The notes beneath the pieces are model-generated. The model saw only the letters and a program-made list of their open reading frames with translations. It did not search any database and was not told the DNA's origin. From positions 57,582,201-57,646,200 of the forward strand of contig NC_085843.1 of assembly GCF_035594765.1 (NCBI RefSeq): 64,000 nucleotides of DNA, read 5' to 3'. The position numbers and the translations under genes were made by a program. The DNA comes from Anolis carolinensis (lineage: Eukaryota). Shown piece by piece: positions 1-11,354 of this stretch (position 1 is its first letter; the number at the start of each line of letters is the position of its first letter).

Positions 1-162
1 TCAATACTTAAAATGATTAAATGGACTATTAAAATTTACTCTCACTTTCAGGTTTAACCACTGTCATGTGTTGGACACTAAGGCGACTAGATATTGATAG
101 AGTTAACCTCAGAGAGAGCAATGGTTATTTTACTATGACTAAGCAGACAGGATCCATTAGTG

Positions 163-654
163 CACAAATGTCAAACTCAAGATCTGCAGGCTAAATCCAG
201 CCTGCCATGTCACTTTATGTGGCACTCCATATGCTGGACTACAACTCCTGTATTTTTCATCATGAAACATTATGACTAGAGCAGATGGGAGTTGTGACAC
301 AGCAACATCTGGAAAGTTGCAGTTTGTTCTGTTTAGTCAGGAAAGTGAGATTTGAATTTAGATAGATGGCTTGTCAATACGATTCTGACTTTAAAATGTC
401 AGTTAACCCTTTCCCAGTCTCAGAGCCATGAGTGCTCTTGTGGTCTGCATGGCAGATAATCCAAAATGGTAGAAGTTTTCTTTCAATAACATATGGGAAC
501 TCGAATTGGGTAAAATCTAAAGAGCACTGACAACTATGTAAAAAAATAGATGGCTCTCTGTATTCATGGATTCCCCATGCATGGATTCAATAGCCCTTTG
601 AAGGCAACCATAAAGTTGATGTGGCCCTCAATGAAAATGACTTTGAGATCCCTG
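163..654. mobile_element. hAT (Charlie-like) non-autonomous DNA transposon, decayed
   Basis: Degenerate terminal inverted repeats (cacaaatgtcaaactc ... gactttgagatccctg), flanked by a near-perfect 8-bp target-site duplication (TSD): cattagtg (155-162) / catcagtg (655-662). Confidence 0.65.
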
Positions 655-3600
655 CATCAGTGTGCCAGGGACCAACATCAAGATCTTCAATTAACAATTC
701 AGGCATGAGTTTTCTATCACAAATTATCTTAACAATTAGGATCTTCCTACTTCTTATAATTTAAAAATCATTTTCAAGCTGCAACATATTTTTAGATGAT
801 CTCAACATAAGTAAATTCTTATTGATACCCACAAGTGTTTACATATGTGTTGCTCAATTTTGTATTAGAATATTTGCAATATTTTGTAAGCAAGCTGCAA
901 TTAATATACTTCTTGACTTTGGCTATAAACTTTGTATTTAAACTAACACCTTTAAGGAACATAATTTAAAGATACAAAAACTTGTGCCATCCTATTCAAA
1001 AATACTGAACACTTTTAATTTTGCTTCACATCTGTAGACCTGTATACTGCAGCATTTGGCTTAAGGCAGGAAACAGATTACCAGCAAGTCTTACATACTT
1101 AAAAGACTGTCAAAGCCGAATCAATAGAATATCAAAAGAAGAACAAAGAAAACAAATAATAGATACAGCTACAGTGAAGCTGGATATATCGCCTGTATTG
1201 CAATAGGTCAAAATTTAAACCACAGCCTGAAGCATAAACAAGAGATATATTACCATATGTTTTAAGGTAATCAAAGGTTACTGCTGAAGCGTTTAAGAAT
1301 ATTGTAAACCGTGAAAAGAAAGATGATAATCTTCCAAATGTTCAGGAAGAAACAGTCAATTCTGGGCTCATTTCTAAAGGGGAAAATCAGCAGCACGAAC
1401 AAAGTTTGAGAAGCGGAAGAAGGTTGCAGTCTGAAAATTATACAGAGAAACTTGTCATTTATTTTCAAATATAACCATTTATGCTTCTTATGGAAAACAT
1501 GGTATACAGATAGAGAAAATGACTCAAAGACTTAGTACTGTGCTGCATTCTTTATGAAAAGAATATATGAAAAGAAGTCTACTCTTCGAATAAAGAACAG
1601 ATGAAAGGCATTGTGACTTTTTCTCTCTGTTGAAGTTTGATTGTTATTTAGCTTCTAATTGTTAAATGAGTCAGATAAACTTCCACATACATTGTATACC
1701 AGTCTCACCTTGTGTCTTAACTATTCAGGTGGCCTTGAAGTTGGAGATGCTATCGAAGTGCACAATGCATTTATATTCTGCTATAAAATGGACAATTTGG
1801 CATTTATGAGACATCATAAAAGAAGTGATGTGGTGCAGTGCATTTGGCGGGGGCTTTGGAAAAGGAGGTTCAGTGTCCAGCTCAAATAAGCAGATAGACT
1901 TAAGGCAGTCACTGCCTTCCTGTCTGTAAAATAGTTAAGTATCTAGACCAGAAAAGTATTTTAAAGAAGCGAAGGTGTTAGGAACTTTGCATAGTAACTA
2001 GTATTGTTCGTGACAATACTATTATGTCCTTCTGTTACTTAGGAATTGGAAACCTGGTTATATTTAATTTTTTATTAACCCCATGATAGAAACCCCATGA
2101 TAAATTCACAGTAAGCCAAGAATGACTTGAAGGCACATAAGAAAAACAATCTGAAGAAAAATATCTATACACAGGACAGGAAAGGGGAGAAAGAGGTAGT
2201 AGGTGCTGCTGCAGTTATTAAAGCACATCTTCAGCAATCCCATGAAGAGCATACATATTTAAAAGTTAACTTTCTCTGAATTATGTCTACACATGATAAA
2301 TATGCTACAACAGACTAAATTTAAGTTAATAATAGTATCTAACTATGAATGAAGCCCTAAAATGTGGGATTCACAAAATACACCTATCATATAAATGCAA
2401 TTGTATTGCAGGGCCTTACTTTGAAGCACATGCTGTTTAGTCATATTGAAACTGAAAATAATTTGCTTTTTTACAGACATGAGCTGCCACAGTTATATGC
2501 AACAAACATATAATCTCTGTCCATTTTAATGCCGATAATACATAATAGGTTACCACATGCATATTATCTCAAAGTAAAGAATAGATACATTTAGACAACT
2601 TTAGATCTTTTTCTGACAATTTTGCTCTCTATTTTTTCTGTTCCTGTCTTTTTTATTAGCTAATAGAGTAAAATTTCCTTTAATATACAGTGGGCTCTGG
2701 AATTGGGTTTCAAGGCCCCGTGTTGATTAAAAAATCTTCTCAAGTTCAATTATATTAAATGGCAAAATCAAAGTTGCTATTTGGATTTTTTAACTAATAT
2801 TTTCAAGCTCTGGATGGTTAAATCTGTGGATAGGGAATCCAGGGATAAAGAGGACCATCTGTAATATTACTCTTGGTCAAGTGTGGAAATTTCTACTTTT
2901 TTTACAATTACTTCAAGACTTCACAAAACTACTTGAAGGGATTAAAACTACAGTAATCTTCTCATCCAAGTATCTCAGTAGCTATCGTGATTCTTTAGCA
3001 ATCTGGAAGTTTTAGCTAATCTGAGAGCATATTTTTCTTGCTTCATCAGCAGAGTATTCTGCCAATGTGCATTTTTTTTAAAAAGGTTAAGTAGACATCC
3101 ATGTAATTTAATTTTAAATACAAAACATTAGCTGACATCTTGCTGGGAAATCATAATGACATAAGCCATCACTGCTTATTTTTGCAGTTTGGAATTCTCT
3201 ACTGAACAATGACATCATTTACAGGGATCTCCTTATGGATGCTTCTTGCTGTGTATCCAGTTGTAAGGGAAAAACTGGATGATTCTCCTTCATGACCAGG
3301 AATTGACCAGATTTGGGATGCTGCAGCTATGACAAGATGGGACAGGAAACTATCATAGCTATGATCCATATCTACATTGCTTGATGCAGGATTGTGGCCA
3401 TTGTTTCAATCATGAAATGTCTCTGATCAACCCAATAGGATGCAGGGACAATGGTTAAAAGTGTGGTTTCAACACCATCTTTCCTAATATGACTCACTGT
3501 TTTGTTAGCAGGAAAAAAATCATGGTCATGCAGGATAAATGTAAACCATACTGCTTCACTATTCAGTTTATAAGAAAATATCCAAATAGAGGTTAAGAAA

Positions 3601-4219
3601 GAACTATTTTTTGGTAGTCACCCTCTCAAGTAGTTCAGGGGTTCTGTGGTGTCAACTTCCAATAGAACAGGTGTCCTTCAATGTTTGACTTTTCCCTTTG
3701 GGAAAGTAAATCCTCAGGAAGTTATTTATAACTCTCCAGGAATCTTGAAAGTGACAGTGTCTGATGGCATTCCTCTCCTTTCCCTTTCAAGGAGGGCAGG
3801 GGTCCTTGACAGGCCATATGGGGAGACCTGGGCTGAAGTTTTCTTGCTGCTTTTATTGTTCCTTTGTTGATTTGACAAAACTATAAAAGTCTACCTTAAG
3901 GAACATAAGAGCTACAGCTTCATGTGCGACAGAAGGACTGCAAAAGAAAAAAACCACACTTATGAAATATTTGTCTGTTTTTGTTTATTCATTCAGTCAC
4001 TTCTGACACTTTGTGACCTCATGGACCATTTGTCTGTTATGAAGCTGCACAAGAAATATATCCTGGATTAAAAGAAAGGATGAGTGTCAACTGAGAAATT
4101 GATTCCTAAAAATGTTGCAACTTCACTCTGATATTTTCTCAGTGTTAGCCTTGGAACTTTTCAAAATATGGTACAACAAAATCTACAAAATGGTCATGTA
4201 ACCAACACAGATATCAGTA

Positions 4220-5426
4220 GCTATCTTGGTCCCACCTCCAAGTCAAGTACGGCTGGTGAGAACAAGAGAGAGGGCCTTCTCCATGGTCATACCCCACCTC
4301 TGGAACCCCCTCCCTAAAGAAATAAAGCTGGCCCCCTCCCTCCTCTTCTTTAAAGAACAACTGAAGACCTATTTTTGCTCACTAGCATATGGAGAGGAGG
4401 AGGATTAGATGGTGAGTGATCATTTCTGGGTCCCTGGTTGAGAACTATTTTGCATTTGGGCTCTCTTAGTCCATGCCAGCCCAATGACCATCTTTTGACT
4501 ACACAACCAACCCACACCATTTTGTGAATGCTAGTTGGCTGTTCTAAATTAATTTTGGATGTTTGTTCAAATGTTTATGTCATTACAGTAGAGCCCCGCT
4601 TAACCGAGTTAGACGGGCAGGCCCAATCTTGGATAACTGAATTTGACGGATCATGGGGGGGGGGCTATTATCCAAGCCGGGGGCTGAGTCAGGCCGCAGA
4701 AAAGGTGCCTTGAGGGAGGGAGGCACACTCCGGAGGAAGTTCCAATGCAAGATTTCTTCCCCCTACGCCTTCCTTGTTTATCTTTGAGGATCTCAAAGGC
4801 TCCCACCCGCTGCTTTGAGGTGGCGGATGGCAGGGTGGGCTCCATGCGGAAGAGGGTGCGGAACTGCAAGGAGGCCCGGGAGGAAGCCACTGCACTCATG
4901 GCTGCCTGCATCCCCCTCCGCTGTCTCCTTCTCCTCCGCATCTTCCAGCCGGAGGGAGAGGGAGAGAAAAGTCCTCCTCCCTCTCCCTCTCCTTCTTTCG
5001 GGCTCCCTCCGCACAGCGGCGATGGCAACACCTTCCTTAGGCCATCCACCACCTAAGAGCAGCTAGTGGGAGCCTTTGAGCTCCTCAAAGGTAAACAAGG
5101 AAGGCATTGGGGGAAGAAATCTTGCATTGGAACTTCCTCCAATGCTTCAGATAATACAGATGCTCGGATTAGCAGAGCTCGGTTAAGCAGGGTTCTGCTG
5201 TATATAATTTTGGTTGTCTACGTGTATTTTAATTTTTTGATGTTAGGTTCAATTTACTGATGTTAGGTTTCAATATGATGTTAAGTCTTAATATTATTTT
5301 CATTTATGGGGTTTTCTGGGATTTTAGGTCAGGATCTGTTTGTTTTATGGAGGCACTGAATGTTTGCCGTTGTATATTGGAATCCGCCCTGAGTCCCCTT
5401 CAGGAGATAGGACAGAATACAAATAA

Positions 5427-5470
<44 letters not shown>
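4220..5470 (+). mobile_element. L2-type LINE 3' end, interrupted by a MITE
   Basis: ORF 4226-4408 (RLVRTRERAFSMVIPHLWNPLP...LKTYF) resembles an L2 ORF2 C-terminus. The 3' end is aatccgccctgagtcccc...aaataaa followed by a (TTA)n tail. It is homologous to 54255-55024. Confidence 0.75.
4586..5200. mobile_element. Tc1/mariner/Tigger-type MITE
   Basis: TIRs cagtagagccccgcttaaccgag ... ctcggttaagcagggttctgctg, flanked by TA at 4584-4585 and 5201-5202. GC-rich interior with a ~75-bp internal inverted repeat (~4732-4808 vs ~5066-5141). Confidence 0.85.
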
Positions 5471-7451
5471 TTATATTAGCTATAATCCTTCTTCTGGTAA
5501 ATTTAAAGTATGAAAAAAACACTGAGCTGATAAAAATTGTACCATAATGGAAGGACTCCATTAGTTCCATTCATTACTAACACAATACACATCCTGGTTA
5601 TATGATAGATGCTAAGAAAGGTAAAGGAAATGTTCATTTTTTTAAAAAAAAAACTCAAGTAAAATCAAGTAAGCAATGCACAAAACTAATTAAAGTTGAT
5701 GCAACAAAAACTTAAGCATTTTGATGCAATTTATTAAACAGAAAGGCTGTGAAATTAACAGCAATCAAAAACTAATTAAAGCTGATGCAATAGGAACAGC
5801 CAAAGAATGTCTGATAACATTTATTGAGCCAAAGAAACATGGCCGTCAAGTTAAACAAAATCAGCCACATTCTGTTTTTGAATAGTAGTGCAAAGATAAT
5901 TATGCACTGGGTGATGCTCTCTGAATAAGATTCGAGTCATTACCTCCAAAGACAAAAGGACTGACATGCAGTACTGAAGTGCTCCTAAGAAAAAGGTTCT
6001 TAATGTTTGAATCTTTGAAGAGACTCTTAGGTCTTGTGTATGAGTCATCAACTGAATAGAACATGTCAATGTTATGTTATGATAAGCATTAATTAATAAC
6101 TGCCATTTGGGATAATATGCAGAATACTTTATGGTAGGAACTAATTTCTAATAATTTCCCAGTAATTTGTGTGCCGTACCTAAAAAATAGTAATATCTCC
6201 AGAAGCACCTGTTCTACTGCCCTGCATACTAATGCTAAAGGCATTGCTAGTGTGCCATTAGAATAAACTATGGTTTAACAATAATGTTCTTGTGTTATTT
6301 CTGGGCACACCTTTAGGTGTGAGAGCTTGATACTGAAGGCACAACACACAGTGTGAAAAATGCGTGATCTCCCATGCTTTTACCGGAGGTGTCCAAACAA
6401 TGCCTCAGGTAAAAGTGAATTAATTCTAGACAAATTAGGAAAATCCTGTTTTGTCCTGAATTAATTTGACATCTAGAAAGACCCTGCTCTTTCCAGGTGT
6501 GGATCCTATTTAGATTGGGCCCAGGGATTGCATTGTGCAATTTCCAGACCCAATCCACACAGCTATCTCAGGATTTCCAGGCTCTAGGAGCCCGGAAATC
6601 TCAAAACAGCTCCCACCTTCTCTCAAAAGCCCTTTAAAAGGGGCGGAAAAGTAAAAGTTACTTACCTGGTTGCCATAAACATGATCCCGGCCCTCTCCTG
6701 GAACAAAGAAATGACACTACAGAAGGAGGAGGAACATCGCTCCTCGCCTCCCCTCTCCTGGCATGTCATTTCTATGCGCCAGGAGAGAGCTGGCAGCACT
6801 TTAAAGGTGGCTAGGAGAGTAATTTTTTACTTTTTGCCCTTTTGGGGGGGGGGGGTGAGTGCCCTGTCGGACATTCTGGCATGGCATCTAGACACCCCCC
6901 CACAAACACACACACAAAGCACAGGTTTTGGGGGAGATGTGCAAAATTTAAACTGTGCCAAATTGGGTTTCTTAAAGGGCTGTATGGAACTGGCCTGAGA
7001 AGCAAGACATTGTGGGATTTCTTTTTTAAAGTATTTCAAAATATAACACTATTGGTCCAGACTTTATTAAAGTAGTCCCATCAAGAGCAATGGCATTTGG
7101 GTTGATTATATATCTGACCTATGCCTATGTTTATTCTTAACTTTATTTTAAGCCGCGGCAGAGAAAATGTCTGAAAGGCTACTAGGCATTTTGTATCCCC
7201 TCCACAGTTTTTGTGTGCAAAGGATCATAGAAAAAACATTACTTTCTTCTCCACAAATGGAATACATGGGGCTACAGCACTGTTTTTGAGGTAGAATATT
7301 ACTGCTGTGTTTGGGATATTTCAGCATAACAAGAAAAGAGAGGCTTTAAGACTAACCAATTTATTTCAACATAATTTTGATGAAGTGCTGACTGCTTCTT
7401 CAAATGCATGGAATATTGCCTCAGTAAGCAATTTGGAAACTCCCTCTCGAT

Positions 7452-7590
7452 GGATTGTCACCTTGCCGTGGTGAGGGGGCTTGCGTGTTCCGATGAACCT
7501 GTGGGCACTGGAGTGATGCACTCCCAGGAGTGGCCGCAGGGGAGGTTCCAGACCAAGCACAATCCGAAGACCCAAAGACCTCAACGGCGG
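7452..7590 (+). ncRNA. Candidate structured RNA (multi-helix pseudoknot) at the RTE 5' end
   Basis: Complementary pairs: ggattg 7452-7457/caatcc 7560-7565; tcacc 7458-7462/ggtga 7470-7474; loop gccgt 7465-7469/acggc 7584-7588; gcttg 7479-7483/caagc 7554-7558; gaacct 7495-7500/aggttc 7543-7548; ggagtg 7510-7515/cactcc 7519-7524. Confidence 0.5.
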
Positions 7591-8101
7591 AGCAGGCGGA
7601 GGATAACATGGTACATGTTACAACGGCTGTGAAGGCGGAAGAAGGCTGCAACAGACTGAGAAGCCACTGTCGTTGTGTTAACCACACCACTGCTGGAACC
7701 TCACTCTGTGAAGACTGTGTGTTGACCGGCCGTGCACCGACCTCCACACATTAAAAAAAATCACGCACAGGCGTCTTCCAACAAAAATAAAAACAAACCT
7801 ACAAAAGTCCCATGGCGATCAGCGAGTGGCGACGGGGGCAGGACTGTGAAATCTGGAAGCCCCTAGTCACAGACTGGCACATGGGCGGTGGATATGGACT
7901 CAGTCGTTCTACCTCAAGGACCGAGGCAGTTGAGTAGTCCGGCAGCTGTATCCATGACTGAGCAGCCCTTTTTAGGATCCGCTCTGCTCACCCCACACGG
8001 GGAAGGGGCTAGAAAAGGTGCCCTAAACATAGTCTGCCTCTCCTACCCTGACTGGACTGCCGCGTCCAGAGGGGTCACCACTCTGCGGCCAAAAAAGAAA
8101 A

Positions 8102-11100
8102 ATGAACTTTGGAACATGGAACGTACGGACATTGTTAGATAACACTGACAGCGAGCGCCCCGAACGCAGGACTGCTCTCATTGCAAGAGAGCTGGGACGC
8201 TTCAAGATCGACATAGCAGCCCTTCAGGAGACCCGGAGAGCAGGAGAGGGGCAGCTGAAGGAAGAAAAGGGAGGCTACACCTTCTTCTGGAAGGGACTAC
8301 CTGAAGAAGAGCGAAGAAGAATACACGGAGTTGGCTTTGCTATCAGAAACGACCTGGTGAAGCACCTGACTGAAGCACCCACTGGCATCAACGAACGACT
8401 TTCAACCCTCCGAATTAACCTTGCCAAAAACCAACAGGCAACCATCATATGCGCCTATGCACCAACTCTAGATGCTGACGAAGACATCAAGGAAAAATTT
8501 TACTGTCAGCTGGATACCATCCTATCGGAGATACCTAAGGAGGACAAAATCATCCTCCTGGGGGACTTTAACACAAGAGTCGGAAGGGACTCTGACCTGT
8601 GGCCAGGGATCATAGGAAAAGACGGGGTCGGAAACAGCAACTCGAATGGCATCTTGCTTCTCACCAAATGCGGAGAGCACAACCTTGTCATCACCAACAC
8701 GCTCTTCCGCCAGAAAAACAAGCTCAAGACATCATGGAAGCACCCTCGGTCAAAGCATTGGCACCTCCTGGACTATGTTATCACACGTGCCAGAGACCGC
8801 CGCGATGTGCTTCTCACAAGAGCCATGACAGGTACTGATGACTGCTGGACAGACCACAGGCTAATCCGATCCACGATGGCTATCAAGATCGTCCCCAAAC
8901 GCAGACTCCAAGGAAGAAAAACAAGGCGAAAAATGAACACCCAAGCCCTTCAGGAGCCCTCCAAACGAGCCCTTCTCCAAACAACACTCAAAGATCATCT
9001 ACCCACAGAACACCCCGAAAATGTTGAGGAACATTGGAACAAACTGAAGACCTCCATCATCACAGCCTGCGAAGAAAGCATTGGATACCTAACTAAGAAA
9101 CATCAAGACTGGTTTGATGATAACGACAAAGAGATCCAACAGCTGATTGATAACAAAAGGAAAGCCTTCCAAACATGGCAGAGAGACACCAACTGTGCTG
9201 CCAAGAAAAAGATCTATGCCAGTGCAAAAGCTGAGGTCCAAAGAAGGACCAGAGAACTCAAGAACATCTGGTGGACAAAGAAGGCTGAAGAAATCCAACA
9301 CCTTGCAGATACCCATGACGCTCAGGGATTTTTCAAAGCCACAAAGATCATTTATGGACCAAGAAACCATGGCATACAGCCCCTACGCTCATCAGATGGA
9401 ACCAAAATTCTGAAGGACAAAACATCAATTGCACTACGTTGGAAAGAGCACTACCAGAACCTGCTGAATCGCAGCTCCAATGTGGCCGAAGAGACCCTCT
9501 CACAAATCCCGCAACAACAAACCAGGGATGAGCTTGCAGCACTGCCTAGTTTGGAAGAAGTCAGCAATGCCATCAGCCAACAAAAAAACAACAAAGCTAG
9601 CGGACCTGATGGGATTCCCGCTGAAATCTTCAAAGAGGGTGGACCTGAGCTGATGCAACAACTCCACCAGCTCATTGAAAAGGTGTGGATGACCGAGAAA
9701 ATCCCAGCAGACTTCAAGGATGCCACCATCATCACCCTTTTCAAGAAAGGGGACAGAACAGACTGCGGGAACTATCGTGGTATCTCCCTTCTAACCTCCG
9801 CCGGGAAAATCCTCGCAAGAATCCTTGCAAACCGCCTTCTCCCTGTCTCAGAAGACACCCTCCCAGAATCCCAGAATGGCTTCCGCCCCTCCAGAGGAAC
9901 AGTGGACATGATCTTCACTGCTCGACAGCTCCAAGAAAAATGCAGGGAACAAAACCAACCTCTGTACATGGCATTCATTGACCTTGCAAAAGCATTCGAC
10001 ACAGTGAATCGCAGCGCTCTCTGGACCATCCTCCAAAAAATCGGGTGCCCTGACAAATTTGTGAACATCCTGCGGCTCCTCCATGATGACATGATGGCAA
10101 CAGTCTTGGACAGCAACGGCTCCCAAAGTGACCCATTTAAGGTTGAATCAGGTGTCAAGCAGGGATGCGTTATTGCCCCCACCTTATTTTCCATCTTCAT
10201 CGCTATGATACTTCACCTTGTTGATGGGAAGCTTCCCACCGGAGTGGAAATCATCTATCGGACAGATGGCAAGCTATTTAACCTCAGCAGACTGAGAGCC
10301 AAAACCAAGGTCACCACAACATCTGTTATAGAACTCCAATATGCTGATGACAACGTAGTCTGTGCGCATTCAGAAGAAGACCTACAAGCCACTCTAAACA
10401 CCTTCGCAGAAGCATACGAGAAGCTCGGCCTCTCACTGAACATCGAGAAAACCAAAGTGCTCTTCCAACAGGCACCAGCTAATCCCTCTGCAAAGCCAGG
10501 AATACAGCTTAACGGTGCAACATTAGAAAATGTTGACCATTTCCGCTACCTTGGTAGCCACCTCTCCACAAAAGTCAACATCGACACTGAAATGCAACAC
10601 CGCCTGAGCTCTGCGAGTGCAGCATTTTTCCGTATGAAGCAGAGAGTGTTTGATGACCGGGACATCCGTAGAGAGACCAAGGTGCTTGTTTATAAAGCCA
10701 TTGTCCTCCCAACCCTGCTCTATGCCTGCGAAACGTGGACTGTGTACAGACGTCACACCAAACTCCTGGAGCGTTTCCATCAGCGTTGTCTCAGGAAAAT
10801 CCTGCAAATCTCTTGGGAAGACAGGCGGACAAATGTCAGCGTGCTTGAGGAAGCAAAGACCACCAGCATTGAAGCGATGCTCTTACGCCATCAACTCCGT
10901 TGGACTGGCCACGTTGTCCGAATGCCCGATCACCGTCTCCCAAAGCAGCTCCTCTACTCTGAACTCAAGAATGGGAAACGGAATGTTGGAGGGCAGGAAA
11001 AGAGATTTAAAGATGGGCTCAAAGCCAACCTTAAAAACTGTGGCATAGACACTGAGAACTGGGAAGCCCTGGCCCTTGAGCGCTCTAATTGGAGGTCAGC

Positions 11101-11341
11101 TGTGACCAGCAGTGCTGCGGAGTTTGAAGAGGCACGAACGGAGGGCTTAAGGGAGAAACGTGCCAAGAGGAAGGAGCGTCAAGCTAACCCCGACCGGGAC
11201 CCGCCTTCCACCTGGAAACCGATGTCCTCACTGCGGGAGAATATGCGGGTCAAGAATCGGTCTCTTCAGTCACCTAAGAACACACGCCCAAGATACCAAG
11301 GTTGGAAGACCATCGTCCTCGAACGACGAGGGATCGCCTAA
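8102..11341 (+). CDS. RTE retrotransposon endonuclease/reverse transcriptase polyprotein
   Basis: APE motifs (GTWNVRTL, ALQETR, YAPT, LGDFN, LDY, TDH) and RT motifs (NYRGISLL, QNGFR, FIDLAKAFD, GVKQGC, YADD, YLGS). The C-terminus is frameshifted near 11200, leaving a CxxC-12-HxxxH finger in another frame. Confidence 0.95.
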   Translation: MNFGTWNVRTLLDNTDSERPERRTALIARELGRFKIDIAALQETRRAGEGQLKEEKGGYTFFWKGLPEEERRRIHGVGFAIRNDLVKHLTEAPTGINERLSTLRINLAKNQQATIICAYAPTLDADEDIKEKFYCQLDTILSEIPKEDKIILLGDFNTRVGRDSDLWPGIIGKDGVGNSNSNGILLLTKCGEHNLVITNTLFRQKNKLKTSWKHPRSKHWHLLDYVITRARDRRDVLLTRAMTGTDDCWTDHRLIRSTMAIKIVPKRRLQGRKTRRKMNTQALQEPSKRALLQTTLKDHLPTEHPENVEEHWNKLKTSIITACEESIGYLTKKHQDWFDDNDKEIQQLIDNKRKAFQTWQRDTNCAAKKKIYASAKAEVQRRTRELKNIWWTKKAEEIQHLADTHDAQGFFKATKIIYGPRNHGIQPLRSSDGTKILKDKTSIALRWKEHYQNLLNRSSNVAEETLSQIPQQQTRDELAALPSLEEVSNAISQQKNNKASGPDGIPAEIFKEGGPELMQQLHQLIEKVWMTEKIPADFKDATIITLFKKGDRTDCGNYRGISLLTSAGKILARILANRLLPVSEDTLPESQNGFRPSRGTVDMIFTARQLQEKCREQNQPLYMAFIDLAKAFDTVNRSALWTILQKIGCPDKFVNILRLLHDDMMATVLDSNGSQSDPFKVESGVKQGCVIAPTLFSIFIAMILHLVDGKLPTGVEIIYRTDGKLFNLSRLRAKTKVTTTSVIELQYADDNVVCAHSEEDLQATLNTFAEAYEKLGLSLNIEKTKVLFQQAPANPSAKPGIQLNGATLENVDHFRYLGSHLSTKVNIDTEMQHRLSSASAAFFRMKQRVFDDRDIRRETKVLVYKAIVLPTLLYACETWTVYRRHTKLLERFHQRCLRKILQISWEDRRTNVSVLEEAKTTSIEAMLLRHQLRWTGHVVRMPDHRLPKQLLYSELKNGKRNVGGQEKRFKDGLKANLKNCGIDTENWEALALERSNWRSAVTSSAAEFEEARTEGLREKRAKRKERQANPDRDPPSTWKPMSSLRENMRVKNRSLQSPKNTRPRYQGWKTIVLERRGIA

Positions 11342-11354
11342 GAAGAAGTAAGAA

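Larger units (their letters stand above)
7441..11354 (+). mobile_element. Near full-length RTE-clade LINE (5' UTR, single APE-RT ORF, short AG-rich tail)
   Basis: The 5' end caccttgccgtggtgagggggcttgcgtg is typical of RTE/BovB-like elements. It has a ~660-nt leader, a 1079-aa ORF, and ends in taagaagaagtaagaa. No clear TSD. Confidence 0.9.

Noticed and set aside
4528-5260. Clusters of overlapping ORFs in GC-rich patches (also 31868-32513 and 40260-40980)
   Set aside because: They reflect stop-codon scarcity in GC-rich non-autonomous elements and show no protein motifs.
5260-5547. ORFs with poly-Leu/Ile 'transmembrane' runs (also 44510-44809 and 54881-55145)
   Set aside because: These are translations of (TTA)n retroposon tails.
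5682-5791. 23-bp direct repeat aaaactaattaaag(t/c)tgatgcaa, and small tandem duplications at ~2078 and ~35509
   Set aside because: These are ordinary local duplications with no supporting structure.
6330-7000. Possible Harbinger-like non-autonomous element (similar GC-richer patch at ~28670-29350)
   Set aside because: It looks repeat-derived, but TIRs and a TSD could not be defined.
7488-7572. Hammerhead ribozyme core (ccgatga ... cgaag) in the RTE leader
   Set aside because: It lacks canonical CUGANGA and GAAA boxes in the right stem context.
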